Assembly: GCA_033442325.1 (NCBI GenBank)
Contig: JAWQFM010000022.1
Location: 477,230 to 541,229, forward strand
DNA: 64,000 bases
Direction: 5' to 3'
Source: Salpingoeca rosetta
Taxonomy: Eukaryota; Protista; Choanoflagellata
Below the pieces are notes generated by a model. It ran no database searches, had not been told where the DNA came from, and was given only the letters and a program-made list of their open reading frames with translations. Both the position numbers and the translations under genes were made by a program. Shown here piece by piece: positions 37,879-52,620 of the stretch; positions within the stretch are counted from its first letter, which is position 1, and every line of letters starts with the position of its first letter.

Positions 37879-39181
37879 TGTGTGTGCGCTTGTGCGTGTG
37901 TGATTTTGGTGGCCACCTGACCTGAATTGCGAGGAGTATGCTGCAGCGCGGACGGATGTGCCCAAGCGCTTGAGTTCGGCCACGGTTGTGGCAATGGTGT
38001 CTTCCCGCTCAGCATCAAACGCCTCCAGAATGCTCACCTGGCGCTGTGGTTTGAAAAAGGGACAGGGATTGTGGTGAACGCGTGTGTGCGTGTAGGGGGT
38101 GCAATGATCGGGTGGGACAGCAAGCGCGAACAAGTGCAGGGTCGAGCGCAAGCGTGTTTGCACACACACACACACACAGGCAAGACAAGGCGTGTAGCAG
38201 TACCTCTGCATCCTCAAGCGAGTTGATAGCCTCCTTAGTGTTGAGGTATTCGCGCTTTCTGTCGCCCCAGCGTGTGAGCTGCTCGCACATGTCAGAGTGC
38301 ACGCTGATGGAGCGCTGGACCTGAAGGGTTTGGAGTTGTGGGTGTGAGCAGGATGAGTGAGTGAGAGTGTGTGGGAAAAGTAGACAACAACAAGGTTCTC
38401 GTTGCTTCATTCATTCGTTTCCATGCAAGCACAAACAGACACCTTGCACACCACTTTGCGTCTCGCACCTCCTCCTTGAAGCATTCGCGCTTGTACGCGT
38501 CCTCAAACGCAGGTCGGCGGTCAATCAGCGACGCCTTGAAGTCCGTGAGCTGCTGGTCGAGTGCCTCTTCACGTGCACGCGCCTCCGAAACAAATTCAAA
38601 GCCTTCCTCCTCGAGCTTTGCGCTGATGGCTTGCACGGCAGCGAGCGAACTCTCACGTAGCACGCCAATCTCCTGCACACACATAATATCAGAAGCGCGG
38701 GGAAGGGGTTTGTGTGTGTATGTATGTGTGTGTGCGTGTGTGTGTGTGTGTGCGTGTGAGGCACGTGTGAAAGTTGCTGATGCGGTGTTTGATAGCATGG
38801 GTGGCAATGCAAATGTGTACGGGTTGATTGTACTGAACAAAGCCGTTTTCCATGCCCCCCACACATACGCACGCACGCACACGCACGCACAAAGATGAGC
38901 ACATGCGCATGCACACATACATACCTTCTCGGAAGCCTCGAGAAACTTGAGCAAGTTGCTGGCCTGGCCAGAGGACTGCACGGAGTTGATGTCCGGCAAA
39001 TCGGCGTTGTGTTCCACCACCCACTGCTTGATCTTGTCACACCTGCAAAGCGTGCCCAGCAGACATGTGAACTGAGAGGAGGAGAGAAGCAAGACGCATG
39101 CAATTCATGGCGCAACAAAGACAAACGGCACGCACACAACATACAATCACGCGTACAGTTGCAGCTCTCAAGCACCAGCAG

Positions 39182-39267
<86 letters not shown>

Positions 39268-39539
39268 GTTCTTGTGCAGTTCGTGCTGTTGCTGAAGCCG
39301 GAGCTGTCTGCTGACTTCATTGTGCAGTTCCAAGCCAACGCGCTGCTCCGTGTCCTGCAGCGAGGCAAGCTGCTTCGCGCGCGCATCGATACACAAACTG
39401 GCATCGGATGGCGTGAACGGTGGCCGCTTGTTGTCTGCAAGCCGGGTGGCCAAGTTGGTGAAGAGGGCCTCAAGCTGTCATGTGAATGTGTGTGAATGTG
39501 TGAATGTGTGTGTGTGTGTGTATGTGTGCGTGCGTGTGC

Positions 39540-39594
<55 letters not shown>

Positions 39595-42075
39595 TGTGTG
39601 TGTGTGAATGTGTGTGTGTGTGTGTGTGTCCGTGAGGAGTGGGCGGGAGCTGGGTCATGTGCAAGGCACGCGGAATTCAAGACATAGCCACAAGTCCATC
39701 ATCCAGCAGTGATGCATGTGCTGTGCACCTTGATATGCTCGCTGAACATGGCGCGCTTCTCATTGGAGCGATACGCATCGAATGTTTCCAGGAGCCTGCG
39801 GGCGCCCGCCATCGTGTTGTCCTTTTTCTCGGGCAGACTCGTCAACATTGCCTCCGCCTGCAGCAGATGCACGGATCAGGGTGATCACGTGTGTGTGTGA
39901 ACGCGGACGAGGAGTGCAGATGGGGTGATGGCGTGATGGTGGGCGTAAGCCGGTGAGGAATGGCAAGAGTGATGGGTACGTGTGTGCATGTGCGTGTATG
40001 TATGTGTATGTGTGCATGTGTGCATGTGCGTGTATGTATGTGTATGTGTGCATGTGTGCATGTGCGTGTATGTATGTGCATGTGTGTGTGCATGCGTGTA
40101 TGTGTACATGTGTGTACATGTGTGTGAATGTGTGTGAGCGCCAAGCCAAGCCACAGGTAATCAACACGCGGGCACATGCAGACACACACTTGCATGCACA
40201 CGGACAAGCACACATGCCGACGCATGCACACACGCAACAATGCCAGAGTACCTGCTGGATGCGGGTCCGCAGATCGGCTGCGTCGTGCTCGTACTGGGCC
40301 TTCATCTTGTCGTTGACGATGGTGAACTCGATGAGTTGGGAGATGCGACGGAAGGCAAGATCAAGCTTGAGCTGCTCCGTGATGCCAGCATAGTACTCGC
40401 TGACATACACTGCAGATGGCACAACAGTGGGAGGGGTGATGGGAAGGATGCAGGCAGTGAGGAACGCAGGTCATGAGGAATGACGGCAGTGGGTAATGTG
40501 GAAGCCATTGCGGCTGAGGCTGCGAGTGGAAGTGAGCACATAGGCGTTTGCCAACGACAGCCTGATTTCACAGCGTGACGCGGCAAACAGTCACAACAGC
40601 TTTCACCAACCCACACCCACCCACACCCACCCACCCACACACACCCACACACCCACACACACCCACACACCCACACACACCCACACACCCACACACACCC
40701 ACACAACACACACAACACACGACACAAACGTACACACAACCCACAACACATGCTTACCGAGCATTGACTTTTCATCCAACTTGGCAATATCGCTTGGCTC
40801 GACGTACTGCTCCAGGCCAAAGTACTCCTGCGCCGCCTTCATTGCGGTGGCGAGGTTGGCAAGCGGGTCCTCCGGTGTCAGGGAGTCGTAGTCAATGAGG
40901 TCTGGCCGGAACTTGTGGATGAGGGCACACAGCACCATACCGTCTCGGAAGGACGTGGTGAAGTTGGTGGCCTGCGCGTGGGCGTGCCCCTGCGTGTTGA
41001 GGTTGACCCAGCGCAGCAGCGCATCCTTTGGTGACAGCGTCTCATCGTCCTCCTGTCAATGGTGCAGACGAGACAGTGGTGCAGTCAACCGCGGCATCGT
41101 GGCACATGCACGTCAGTTCCAATCATGTGCCGTGGCAGCGACGAAACACACCAACGTGCAAACACACCAGCGGAGACAAGGTGCACATAGAGAGAAGGGT
41201 CACGAGAACACGCAGACACACGCATGAACACAGACGCAAACATACACACACACACAGACACACACACAAACACACACGCGCACACACACACACACACACA
41301 CGCACGCACGCAAAAACGATGCACTTGCCTGGGCAAACTTGAGGTACTTCATCATGAGAGCCCAAACAAGGCCGAGGACGGCACGCTCGTCGCCTTCGAG
41401 CAGATTCTCTGGCGATGGCTTGAGCGTCATGCTGACACCACACTCGTACACAAACGCGAGCGCATGGTTGAGGTTTTCAATCTCCTGTGCCTTGAAGCGC
41501 GGATTGTCGTGAAGCTTTGCCGAGCATGTGCGCTCCGCGAGGCTTTCGACGAGCTGCACCAAGTTCTTTCCCTTTCCCAGATCCTCCACCACATCGTTCA
41601 GGGGCGGCAAGTGGCGCTTCTGCAGCCGCTGATTCACCCAGCGCGTGAAGATCTACATGATTTTGTGGGCATGTGTGTTTGCGTGTGTGTATGTGTTTGC
41701 GTGCGTGTGTGCAATGCGCATGCCGTAACGTATGTGTGCGTGCGTGTGCACATGTAGTGTGCGTGCGGCGGTCAGTATGTTGCAGCCAAAACGCGCGCAC
41801 GCATCCGGATGTCCACGGGTCCACTGGCAGGACACGCAGGACCACCAACAACACGCGGCAAGAAACAGGCACACTGCACAACCAAAACTCGCGTGCCATG
41901 CTACACTTGCCACGATCGCGTGTGCGTCCAATAACAAGCACCATCAAGCACACACACACAAGTTACAGGCACTCTAGTTCACTGCATGCACTGCGTTTCG
42001 ACGCCACCCACTGCATCAGTCGCCTGCCTTTCATCATCAACACACCTTGCGCTGCAGGCGAATCCAGTCCGCCAT
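30412..42075 (-). CDS. Giant alpha-actinin-like protein: CH1-CH2 actin-binding domain, roughly 16 spectrin-like repeats, C-terminal EF-hands (multi-exon)
   Basis: Exon 1 [10 protein letters not shown] (42046-42075) splices to IFTRWVN...[12 protein letters not shown] (CH1). CH2 is KDALLRWV...[25 protein letters not shown]...VYVSEYY. Large exon ~33205-37620 carries ~127-aa Trp-containing helical repeats. EF-hand [21 protein letters not shown] and terminal [13 protein letters not shown]. Confidence 0.9.
34407..37121 (-). repeat. Intragenic direct duplication with a 1914-bp offset (blocks within 34407-35207 match 36321-37121)
   Basis: Long stretches are identical at DNA level, e.g. [22 protein letters not shown]...[10 protein letters not shown] and [13 protein letters not shown]...EETRLLA are each encoded twice. 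1914 bp = 638 aa = 5 repeats. Confidence 0.93.
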
Positions 42076-42369
42076 CTTTCGCACTCTGCTGTGGCTTGGC
42101 TTTGTTTTGTTGTTGCTTTGTTGTTTGGGGTGCGCAAAACACAGCCAACAGTTAAATGTCCATCAAATCTTGAACAGCACAGGAAAAAAAAACACACAGG
42201 TGCCTGCCTGCAAGCAACTTCTTTGCTGTGTTCTGGCTGGTGTGTTGGTCGCAGTGCATCGGTGCTTCACAACGCACACGCCACCATCTCCAATCCTTCG
42301 ACCCTCCCTTCTATTCTCCCTTCTTTGGTTCCCTGCCTCCCTCTTCATCCTTCCCCCCACTTCTCTCTA

Positions 42370-42653
42370 CTAGACAGCGACCGAGTCAAACATGTCGTGG
42401 CTGGAGGTGCCGTTGAGATACGCCAGGAGTTCCTCCATGGTGTGCGTGATGGGAGAGCCGTCCTCACTGCGCTCAAATTCAAGCACCTCGCCATCTTCTC
42501 CTTCTCCTCCTTGGTCTCCGCTGTGGTTGCTTGCAAGCACGCTGCTGCCTGTGTGTGAGGGCTGGCCGTGACGGCGAGACGACCGCTGTCTTCGGGCTGC
42601 TGATGGGCTCGCTCGAGAGCGCCGGTCGTCTGGAGGGCCACACAAGTCATGTC

Positions 42654-42739
<86 letters not shown>

Positions 42740-43626
42740 GTCGTGAGTGTGGGTGTAGATTGACAGTCAATGGTCCAACATTTCGAGTTGGGTGGAGTCC
42801 CACAGGGCTCCAGCACCAGAGACAAACACAACAACGGGGTTCGTGCATATGCCAGCACCAACGACATGGGCACGGGCGCTTGAAACCTACGCTGGGCGGC
42901 GGCGCGCTTGCGGCTTGCGTACTCGGCGCCAATGATCATGTCGTCCCAGACAGATATCAGCAAAGGGACCTTGTACCCTTGCACCCTAAAACCCCAGAGA
43001 AACAACATCGAGCCATGAAATCAGTGCTGACAGCGTCGCAAATGAACGGGCGAGCGGGGGTGCCACATCACAACAAGCAACGACCCAGACCCGGAGCAGA
43101 CAAGATCGAGACCAAAGGAGGCAAAAGAACACAGGCACAGCAGTTTCAACCAATGAACGGGGAAGGAGCGGCTTGTTTGTTGCTGCTACTCACTGGGAGA
43201 CGTAAGTGCGATACGCGCTCTCGTGTGCCTTTGCAGCAATCTTGGCGCAGGACCACATGCTCGGTGTCCATTCAGAGGCATGCACATCGTCGGCCTCTGT
43301 GGGTATTGAGCAGAGTGATGCGAAATACAGGAAGACGAACAACGCCAATCGAGGTGGGCGAGTGTGATGGTGCCCGTGACGGTGACGGCATGACGAACAT
43401 CAAATCGAATGGAGAGACGCAACAGAGACAAACAAGCCGTGCCGCAGTTGTACGAAGAGCCTTCAAGTCAGAGAACAACCCACCTGATGTGTTGGCGACG
43501 TAGTCATGAAGGATGTCAAGGCGCCCAAGAAGAACCAACACACCAAACATTTCAAACGCCTGACACAGCACCAGAATCACGATGCTCACAATGTACCACG
43601 CCTGCGCAAGTCAGAGGGGAATATAA

Positions 43627-43694
<68 letters not shown>

Positions 43695-46600
43695 ATGCGT
43701 GCGCTTCGAGTGTTAGCTTCCACCAGTGCAAAGGCACCGTGCAAACACTCCATGCCCTTGCAATGGCCAACCTGGAAAAAGGGCTCAAAGGAATCAAAGT
43801 CGATGATGAAGAGAACCAAGCTGTGTACCTGCACACCGACAATGCAGTGTTAACGTGAATGAAGCATTCGTGGCAACCGATGGGAACTTGATGTCGCTCA
43901 AGTGCCACGCTTCATATGGCTTCAACGCATGCACACAATCGTCATCAGAACATCACACCGTCACACTCACAAAGGCGTAGACTTTGGAGATGAAGAAGAA
44001 GACCAGCCCCGCAGAGAAGGCGTCGCGAAGGGTGCGAGTACGGCAGCCGGTCAAGTAAATGATGTACGCAATGCCGAGGACGAGATCGAAAGACTCACCC
44101 CACAGCTGCACGCCAAAGATGCGCAGGACTGCAGCTTTGCAGTTTTCCTCTCCTGGTCCAGTCTGCACACGGCGCACCACAACACACCGAAAGTACATGC
44201 CAAGCACGCTCACGTGATGCGAGCAAAAACACCGAATGAACGATCAAGTTGCTCGTTCGCATGTGCCACACGACACCTTCCCCCAAAGAACAGATTGATG
44301 AAACAGGTATCACAGAGAATGCCATGCGCACCGAGCAGAAGCGATGGCGCAGGCCGCCGTCCAGGAACATGGCCGGTGCCTGCAGGCAAGCAAAACACGT
44401 GGAAACAAAGAAGGCGGCGGTCAACGGAACGACAGCATGTCACAAACTTTCAAGGGCAAGCTTGCATAATTCCACGTACGCAACAAGGAAGTATTGACAG
44501 TCAGACACATGGGCATATGGACACATGGAGAAATGTACACATGCACACATGGACTTTGTGCAGTAGAATTCGACACACACACATACACACACGCACACGC
44601 ACACACGCACACGCACACATACACGCATGCACACACATTTGTACACACACGCACACACACACACACGCACGCACACGCACACATACACATACACGCACGC
44701 ACCGTCATGAGGCAGACGTGATGCAGCACTGCGGCCCAAGCCCAGTTGTGGCGCTGGTGCAAATCAAGAATGCTCAAGCCAACGTACAGCACAAGCACAA
44801 TCGGCGTCACCTGTGTGACACAGGTATCAAGTCAGATAAGTGAGCGAGATGATATTGTGAAAAGTGAGAGCATTAGGGTGTATGTGGTTGTCTGGCTGCA
44901 CGGCACAGATAGCACACCGCTTGAGCATGCACGCGCTGCCTCGGTGATGTCTCCCTATCACCTGCCTGCTCTTCGTTGCCGCTTCATTTCACCCTCACCC
45001 CCCGCCCCTCTTCTCCTTTCTTCCCTTCCCTCAACTTCCAGACTTCCCTTCCCTCCACTTCACTCCACTCCCTTTCTCCTTCTCTTCCTCTTGACATCAC
45101 TTGCAAGTTGTCGCTGACAAACCTGTGCAAACCATGCCGTGTCGTAGTCTCGACCATAGTCACGGATCCACAGCACGTCAAATGCCCACACAAACACGAA
45201 AAAGTCCGCACATGTCTGGAAAGAAATAGCAATGAAAACGCAAGCAAGGGACACACAGGGGCACCCAGGTCAGCAAGACCAACACAGCTGCATGTGCATT
45301 AAGAGTGTTTCGAAGCGTGCGCAACAGCAACCAGCAACAGCAACGGAGGTGGCGTTGAAGAATGGCTTTGATCTTGCCTGCAAGCACCCAAGACATGCAC
45401 GTACCGCGACGAAGATCTTGCTGAACGCCGACTGAAGATGGATGGGAAGGCGGTTGAATGCGCGACTGTACAGGGCAGTGCCTGCACGCACAAAGCTCTT
45501 GGCTGGGCACGCGCACAAACACATGCGTGAGAGAACGTGGGTGGTGGTCGGAGCAACAGCAGAGGCAGCCACGGCAGCACAAGCGTCCACGATAACAGCA
45601 ACAGTCGCAGCCGCAGCATGCACAGCAACGCACCAAGATGTAGGATGACGGCCACAAGTCCCAGCAGGGGGAGCGAGTGCACTGCCACAAAGTCAAAGGC
45701 TGCTTCGTTGGCGTTGTGGAAAGGCCGCTGCACCGATATGACACGCAAGCCAAACCCAGGGGCAAAATGAACACCCAAGTACTCAAAGTGCGTGGGTCAA
45801 TGTGCGAGGGATTCAAAAGCAAGAAGTACTCGAGCTATGCTGCTGTGATGACGTTCTTACGTAGGAGAGGGTGGCCACGTAGCTGATGAGGATGATGGCG
45901 AACATGGCTCCAACAGACCAGCCAACAGCTCGGTGCAACTGTGTGTCTGAGAACAAGCAACAAACGACGAGCAACACAAAAAAAAAAAAAAGCAAACACG
46001 AAGGGGGGTGGATGATGCGGCAGCGGTCAACACATGACACTTGTCACGAACACTGACGTACGCACACACACGCACACACACACGCACACGCACATGCAAG
46101 AATCATAAACACAGCATCGTACTCACCAGGAAACTGGGCACGGTCGCTCATGTCTGCGCGCGGCAGCAAGGCAGGAATGCCCTTGAACCGGTTCACGGCC
46201 TAACTTGCGACAGCGCAAAGAAGTTGGTGAAGAAGAAGCAACTCAAACACACCGGCACACAAGCAGTTCCGCAGGCTGCCAACACAGCGCATGCACACTT
46301 GCACAGCACGGCAAAACAAAGCACGAGCCTTGCGTACACCCGTGCAACAGACAAACAAACAAAAAACAAAACACACACACACACACATAAACACATGCAT
46401 ACAGAACATACACACACAAAACATACACACACAAAACATACACACACAAAACACACATACACATATAGCAGAACAGAGCACTTGCCTGGATGGCAGTGCC
46501 CGCTTGACGCCATCGTGCTCTGGCAATTGAAGATGGGGTTCGTTGTGGTTTGCGAGCGCCATCCTGCGTCCGTGCTGGCGTTACCCTTGGCTCCCCCTCA

Positions 46601-47355
46601 TCTCTTCCTCTTCGTGCTTGCTCTTGCTCTTGTTGTTGGTGCTCCTGCGCTTGCTGTTGGGCTCGGGTGTCGCTGGAAGCAGCGGCAGCTGTAGCAGTGG
46701 AAGCCTCCGGCTGCTGCTGCTGCTGTTCGTGCTGTGCGCTTGCTTCTTCGTCTCGGGTCATCCTTCCTGGTCACCCACTTGCAAGCAAACGGTCGAAAAG
46801 TGACGGGCAGCATTGCGAATCGCCCAAATCCAACAACGCCAAAACAGCATCCACCATCGACTGCTCTGCACTGATGTCGAGGGCCAACTCTGCCGGCACA
46901 CGCCGGGTCGTGAGCTCGCGTGGCAGCAGCGCCACCGCCCGCAGCCAGCCAAACATGATGACCGTTCTCTCAGGAGGCAACGAGTGCGTTTGAATGCATC
47001 TGCATACGTCTGCGTGACTCGGGGTTGCCGTCGGAAAGAGTGAGGTTGTGATGGTGTGATGGTGTGGGAGAGTGTGGGAGTGTGATCGCAGTCGCGTCCC
47101 CATATTGTGCATGCCTGGCTGAATGTCCACACACACACACACACATACACAAACATACACACACACACAAACACACACACACACACACTGTAGAGGTGGC
47201 ATGCCACAGGTATCGCATGCACCACCTCGCCCATCGTCTTCACGACCGAGCACCACAGGAACCGGCCGCAGCAGAACCACGGTACTTCCGCACATTTGCG
47301 CACTGTTGCGGTAGAAAAGGGCGAGACGCTGGGTGCCGCACACTATTGCGCCCAT
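42370..47355 (-). CDS. Putative multi-exon polytopic membrane protein, family unknown
   Basis: A series of hydrophobic minus-strand segments between microsatellite introns ([18 protein letters not shown]; [15 protein letters not shown]; [13 protein letters not shown]; [19 protein letters not shown]) and an acidic last exon ending FDSVAV*. The exon chain and start are not resolved. Confidence 0.4.
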
Positions 47356-47490
47356 GCTTCGCCTGCCTCTTTCCCTTTCCTGCCTGATACGCTTCTCACC
47401 TCACATGCACACATGATACACACAATTCCCACATGTATGCAGAGGCAGTCCGTGCCGGAGGGTGGCCTGACGCAGTTGTCGGGACCGCCC

Positions 47491-49040
47491 ATGGCTGAAC
47501 GACAGCCTGAGGCGCAATCCGCCGAAGATCGAGGTGTGCATGCATGTGTGTCTGTGTGTCTGTGTGTTTATGAGTGTGTGTGTGTGTGTGTAGGAGGGGA
47601 CGGGAATTTAGGAGGCTCAGAAACATATCTGCGCCTGTGCTCGGCACGCTGATGGTCCTGACACTGCATTGCGTTGCTTTGTGTCTGAACAGCTCTGGCT
47701 CGTGCCATGGACAAAATACAGCGCCTTGATGTGAAGCTGCACGAAATTCTTGCGCGTGAAAGAGGTGCGCCACCACGCGTGTCTACTCGTGTCGTGTATG
47801 TTGACGTCGAATTCATGTGCGCGCGGGACTTGTTTCCATGTGCTTGAGTTGTGTTGCATGGGCATTCCCTTTCATGATGTCACACACATGCACATTCCCA
47901 CACACATTCACAAGATGTGAAGCGACGCGGCAGAACGGATGGTGATGACAACGATGGCGAAGCGTCTGAGGACGATGGTAGCGACGGTGACGATGGCGGT
48001 GTTGGGTTTTTCACAACACAGCCACCAGAGAGCGTTGGGGGCAGCGGAAGTGAGAATGAGGATCATGACGGCAATGATACCGGCGATGCTCCCAAGCAAA
48101 AAGGGAAACGGTGCGTGCGTGTGTGCGTGTGCGTGTGTACGTGTGTGTGTGCGTGCGTGTGTGTGTGTGTGTGTGTCTGAGTGTGTGCGTCTGAGTGTGT
48201 GTGTGCGTGCGTGCGTGCGTATGTGTGTGTGTGTGTACGTGTGTGTGTACGTGTGTGTGTACGTGTGTGTGTGTGTGTGCGCGCGCGCGTGTGTGTGTGT
48301 GTGTGCGTCTGAGTGTGTGTCTGTGTACTTGCTTTGCACCCATGATAAGCTAGGGGAATATGGATGTGCGTGCTTAATCACTCCCAACATGCATGTCGAT
48401 GATTACGTGATAACAAACAGGAAAGGAAAGCGTGGCGGTGCGGAAGGCAAGGGAGCATCGGGCGACAAATTGAAACAAAAGCAGCAAGACAAGATCCAAC
48501 GCAACATCAAGGTGGGCCTTTGAAGCAACGAGGCACCCTCAATGCTACTGTTCAAGTTGTGTTTGTGGGTTCCATCATACACTTACGCACAACTACCCAC
48601 TCCCATGCACACACACACACACACTCTCTCTCTCTCACACACACTCACACATACACTTGCATCGTTCGTGTCACAGCTGGCGGCGGACGGCAAAGCCGGT
48701 GTGCTGGCCATGACGCCCGAGGAGAAGGAGCGACTTAACGAATTGCTGGCAGACATTGATTCCATTGACGAGTCTGTTTCAGAACTGGAAGAAACATCCG
48801 TGCGCCAGGCGCCCAACCCATACCGGTTGGACGAAGCCGTGCAGCAGCTCGCAGACATTGACAGGTGCGTGTGAATACATGCATATGTGTACCGCGGGAA
48901 AGAGTGTGAACTCCGCGCAAGTGCATGTACTACTGCCTGTGTGTGTGTGGGGGGGGGGGCAGGGGATCAATTTGCCTGCTAACATGTCGCCATTCTCGTG
49001 ACACGGTTGACCTTTATGTGTATGTATGTGTATGTATGTG

Positions 49041-49125
<85 letters not shown>

Positions 49126-49213
49126 AGACGACTGGAAGTGATGACACGCGGCCGCCAGAGTATTGCATCCTCCGTGCGGACATCGAATGTACGGCATCAC
49201 ACACACACACACA

Positions 49214-49279
<66 letters not shown>

Positions 49280-49788
49280 TGTCGTCACGGTGCTGAGATT
49301 GTGTCACCAGGACAACAATACGTGCTCGTCATCCTCTTTACGCCTTCTTTCTTTGCTGCACAGACTCACACACTCATCTTGTCACATTCACATCAACACA
49401 CACACACACATGCACGCACGCAACGACAGGTTCCATCTGAGCTTGGGTCTCTCTTTGCCGGACATTCCAAAGTCAAGGAGGCCTTGCGAAATGAAGACGA
49501 CGAGGTGCGTGTGTATGCATATACGTACGTGAATTCCGGGTTGCACGTGTGCGTGTGCGCGCGCGTGTGTGCGTGTGTGCTCAGCGCTCACGCTTGAACA
49601 ATATCCATCTCGTGATGCGCACAATTCAATTCTTCAGGCGCGTGCAAGTTTAGCGGCGATTGACAGCGAAATCGAACGGCTTCGACATCTCCCAGCAGAG
49701 GTAAGATCGACGCTACACACACACACACACTCTCTCTCTCTCTGTGTCTGTGTGTCTCTCTCTCACTGTCTCTCTCTCACTGTCTCTG

Positions 49789-49875
<87 letters not shown>

Positions 49876-50050
49876 GGGCGAGGCAGTGGATGAGCGCATG
49901 CTGGAGATGCTGATGATGGAAGCGCAGGCGGAGCAGGCGTACTATGATCAAGTGGACGCACACGCGCAGCAGCTGGACAACTACAGCAACGCTGGCCCAA
50001 CTGCCGACAACCACGATGATGAGGATGATGGCAACGCGCCAGCACAATAA
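47491..50050 (+). CDS. FSIP1-like (fibrous sheath-interacting protein 1 family) coiled-coil protein, multi-exon
   Basis: Spliced motifs [39 protein letters not shown]|LAADG...[23 protein letters not shown]|[14 protein letters not shown] resemble FSIP1 conserved blocks (recalled similarity, not searched). Confidence 0.65.
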
Positions 50051-50475
50051 CGTTGTGGCATGAGCTGTATTGTCTGTGTGTGTGTGTGTGTGTGTTGCGT
50101 TTTGTTTTGAACGTGCGGTTTGTCCATGCGTGCACTCGCTTCACTGCACAACGGTGTACATACTTCCTGTTCCTGTACTCGTGTATTCGCGGGGCGCGCT
50201 TCAACCAACCTCTCCACTGTAATTCTGACAGCAGGTCTGCCCATTTTCATGACATTCCCGTGTTGTGTTGTTTCGCGCTCGTGTTGTTACTTTGTTTATG
50301 TGTGCGTGTGCATATGTTTCTGCTGTGACCCTTGCGAGTGAACCATAATAACAATGGACAAAAGCCACAGCAGCCCCAAACAGGCCGAGAAGTCAACATA
50401 CTTCGCAATGTCTGCCTCGTCGCTGCTGGCTGCTTGTCTTGGCGGGCTTCATGATACGGGCTGTGGTGCTGTTGC

Positions 50476-52542
50476 TCAGAGGCCCAGTCGTTTGCGCTCA
50501 ACCTCTCTTGTCTTTTCTTTCGCGCGCTCTTCCTGCTGTGACCTGCACACAGACGTATTGTGTATGTGTGTGTGTGTGTGTGTGTGTGCATGTGTGTGTG
50601 TGTGCATGTGTGTGTGCATGTGTGTGTGTGCATGTGTGTGTGTGTGTGTGAGTCGGCTCAACGAAGTCACCAAGCGACCCGCGAGCGACCTCAAACAAGA
50701 ACACATGCATGTCACCACACACACACACACACACACACACAACGCACTTTTGGAGTTGCATCTTGAGCCTTAGCTGCATGCGTTCCATGGGCGTCAGCTT
50801 CTTCATGTCCACCCTGACGCCATGCAGCACCACAGCAAACACCAGCGAGTGTTTGTCATGACACGAGCAGTTGGGGACTGGAAGGTGTGCCACTTTGAAA
50901 CTCAACAGGAAACATACACACACACACAGTACACACACACAGTACACTTACTCTGGCAGCTTCTGTTGTGGTGGAGTTGCTGGCGCGGGTGACTTGCCCC
51001 GCTGCTTGCGATCATCATGATCGTCACCACCACGTCTAGAACGGTCACGATCACGACGACGGTGCCTGTGATCACGCGCTTCATACCTGCTTGTGCTCCT
51101 GCTCCTGCTTGTACCCCTGCTTCGTCGCGATCGCCTGCGTTCGCCTCGCTCGTTCCTCCTGCTGCTTCGCTCTTGCTCCCGCGTACCAGCGTTCCTCCCT
51201 CTCCTGTCCACACTTCTCCCATCGCGATCTCCAACTCTTCTCCTCCGCTCCGCACTCCGACTCCTGCTCCTTCGCCGCCCTCCCCTCCTCTCTCGCCCCC
51301 TGCTTCGACTTCGACTGCGGCTGCAACTGCGACGACCACTCCGCACGCGATCATCATCACTGCCGCGCCTGCTGCCTCGCCGCTTCTCGCTGTCTCTGCG
51401 CGTTCGTTCGTTACGTGTCCTCTTTTTCCTTCGCACTCCCTTCTTGCTACTGCTGGTGCTGCCCCGCGTTGGCGACGCCGATGCCGAAGAAACATCAGAA
51501 GATGACGACGACGATGATGACTGACGTGACGGAGACGGTGATGGTGAAGAGTCATCAGAGCGCAGCACGCGCCGCGCGAGTGACGATGACGTGACGTCAC
51601 GATCGGGCGTTACGCGCGCCCGCCACGACGGCTCATGCTGGCCCTTCGCCTTGCTGGTGGTGAGGGTGGTGGTGTGAGGGGTGTTGGAGGCATTGGCGGT
51701 GGTACCTCCAGCTGTTGCCACAATTGTGGCTGCTGCTGATGGGTGGAATGCAGCAGCGTATGTGCTGTCGTTCCTCTGTTCGATGGCAGTGAGGCCACCA
51801 ACATCGCTGTTGTCGCCAGATCCATCCGAGTCACCCATCGTGAACGATGTGATGTAAACGGCCTTGCCCTCCGGCGTCTTGCTCCGCCTGCCTCCACGCG
51901 TCCGCGCTGCTCTTCCGCCCCGTCGCCGCCCACCGCGGTCACGATCGCGTCGTCGCTCCCGCGCACCGTATCCGCCGTTGTCATCGTCATCACTACGGAC
52001 AGACGGCAGTCGCTTGTCAGCGCTGTCGTCGTCGTTGTCTTTGTCCAGTGGAATGGCAAACGCAGGCAGCTTGTTTGGTGGCCTCCTTCCTCGCTCGCTT
52101 CGCCTCCCGCCCCTTCTATCTCTGCTGCGCTCCTTGCTATCATGCCTGCGCCTGCTGCTTCCCGAACGTCGCCTGCCACCATACCGACCACCATCGCCAT
52201 CATCGCCATCATCGCCATCATCGCCGCCACCACCACGTCTCCGACGTCGTCCCCTCCAGTCCGGTGAACGCGACCGAGACGGCCGTTCTCCACGTGCACG
52301 TGTGCACGGGTCTCTACCACGGTTGCCACCGCCACCGCCATCACCACCACCATCGTCACCTCCCTGCGTTCCTGCAGATGTTGTTGTTGTTGTTGCTGCT
52401 GTGTCTGTGTGCACGGCCGAGTGGTTCTTGAAGCGCCGGAGCTGGTACTGTTTTTGGTCGCGCAGCGCTTTCTCCCGCTGCCGCGTCAGCTCTCTGCAAC
52501 CAGGGGGGGGCATGGTGAGGGTGGGCATGCGTCAGTGAGTGA

Positions 52543-52620
<78 letters not shown>

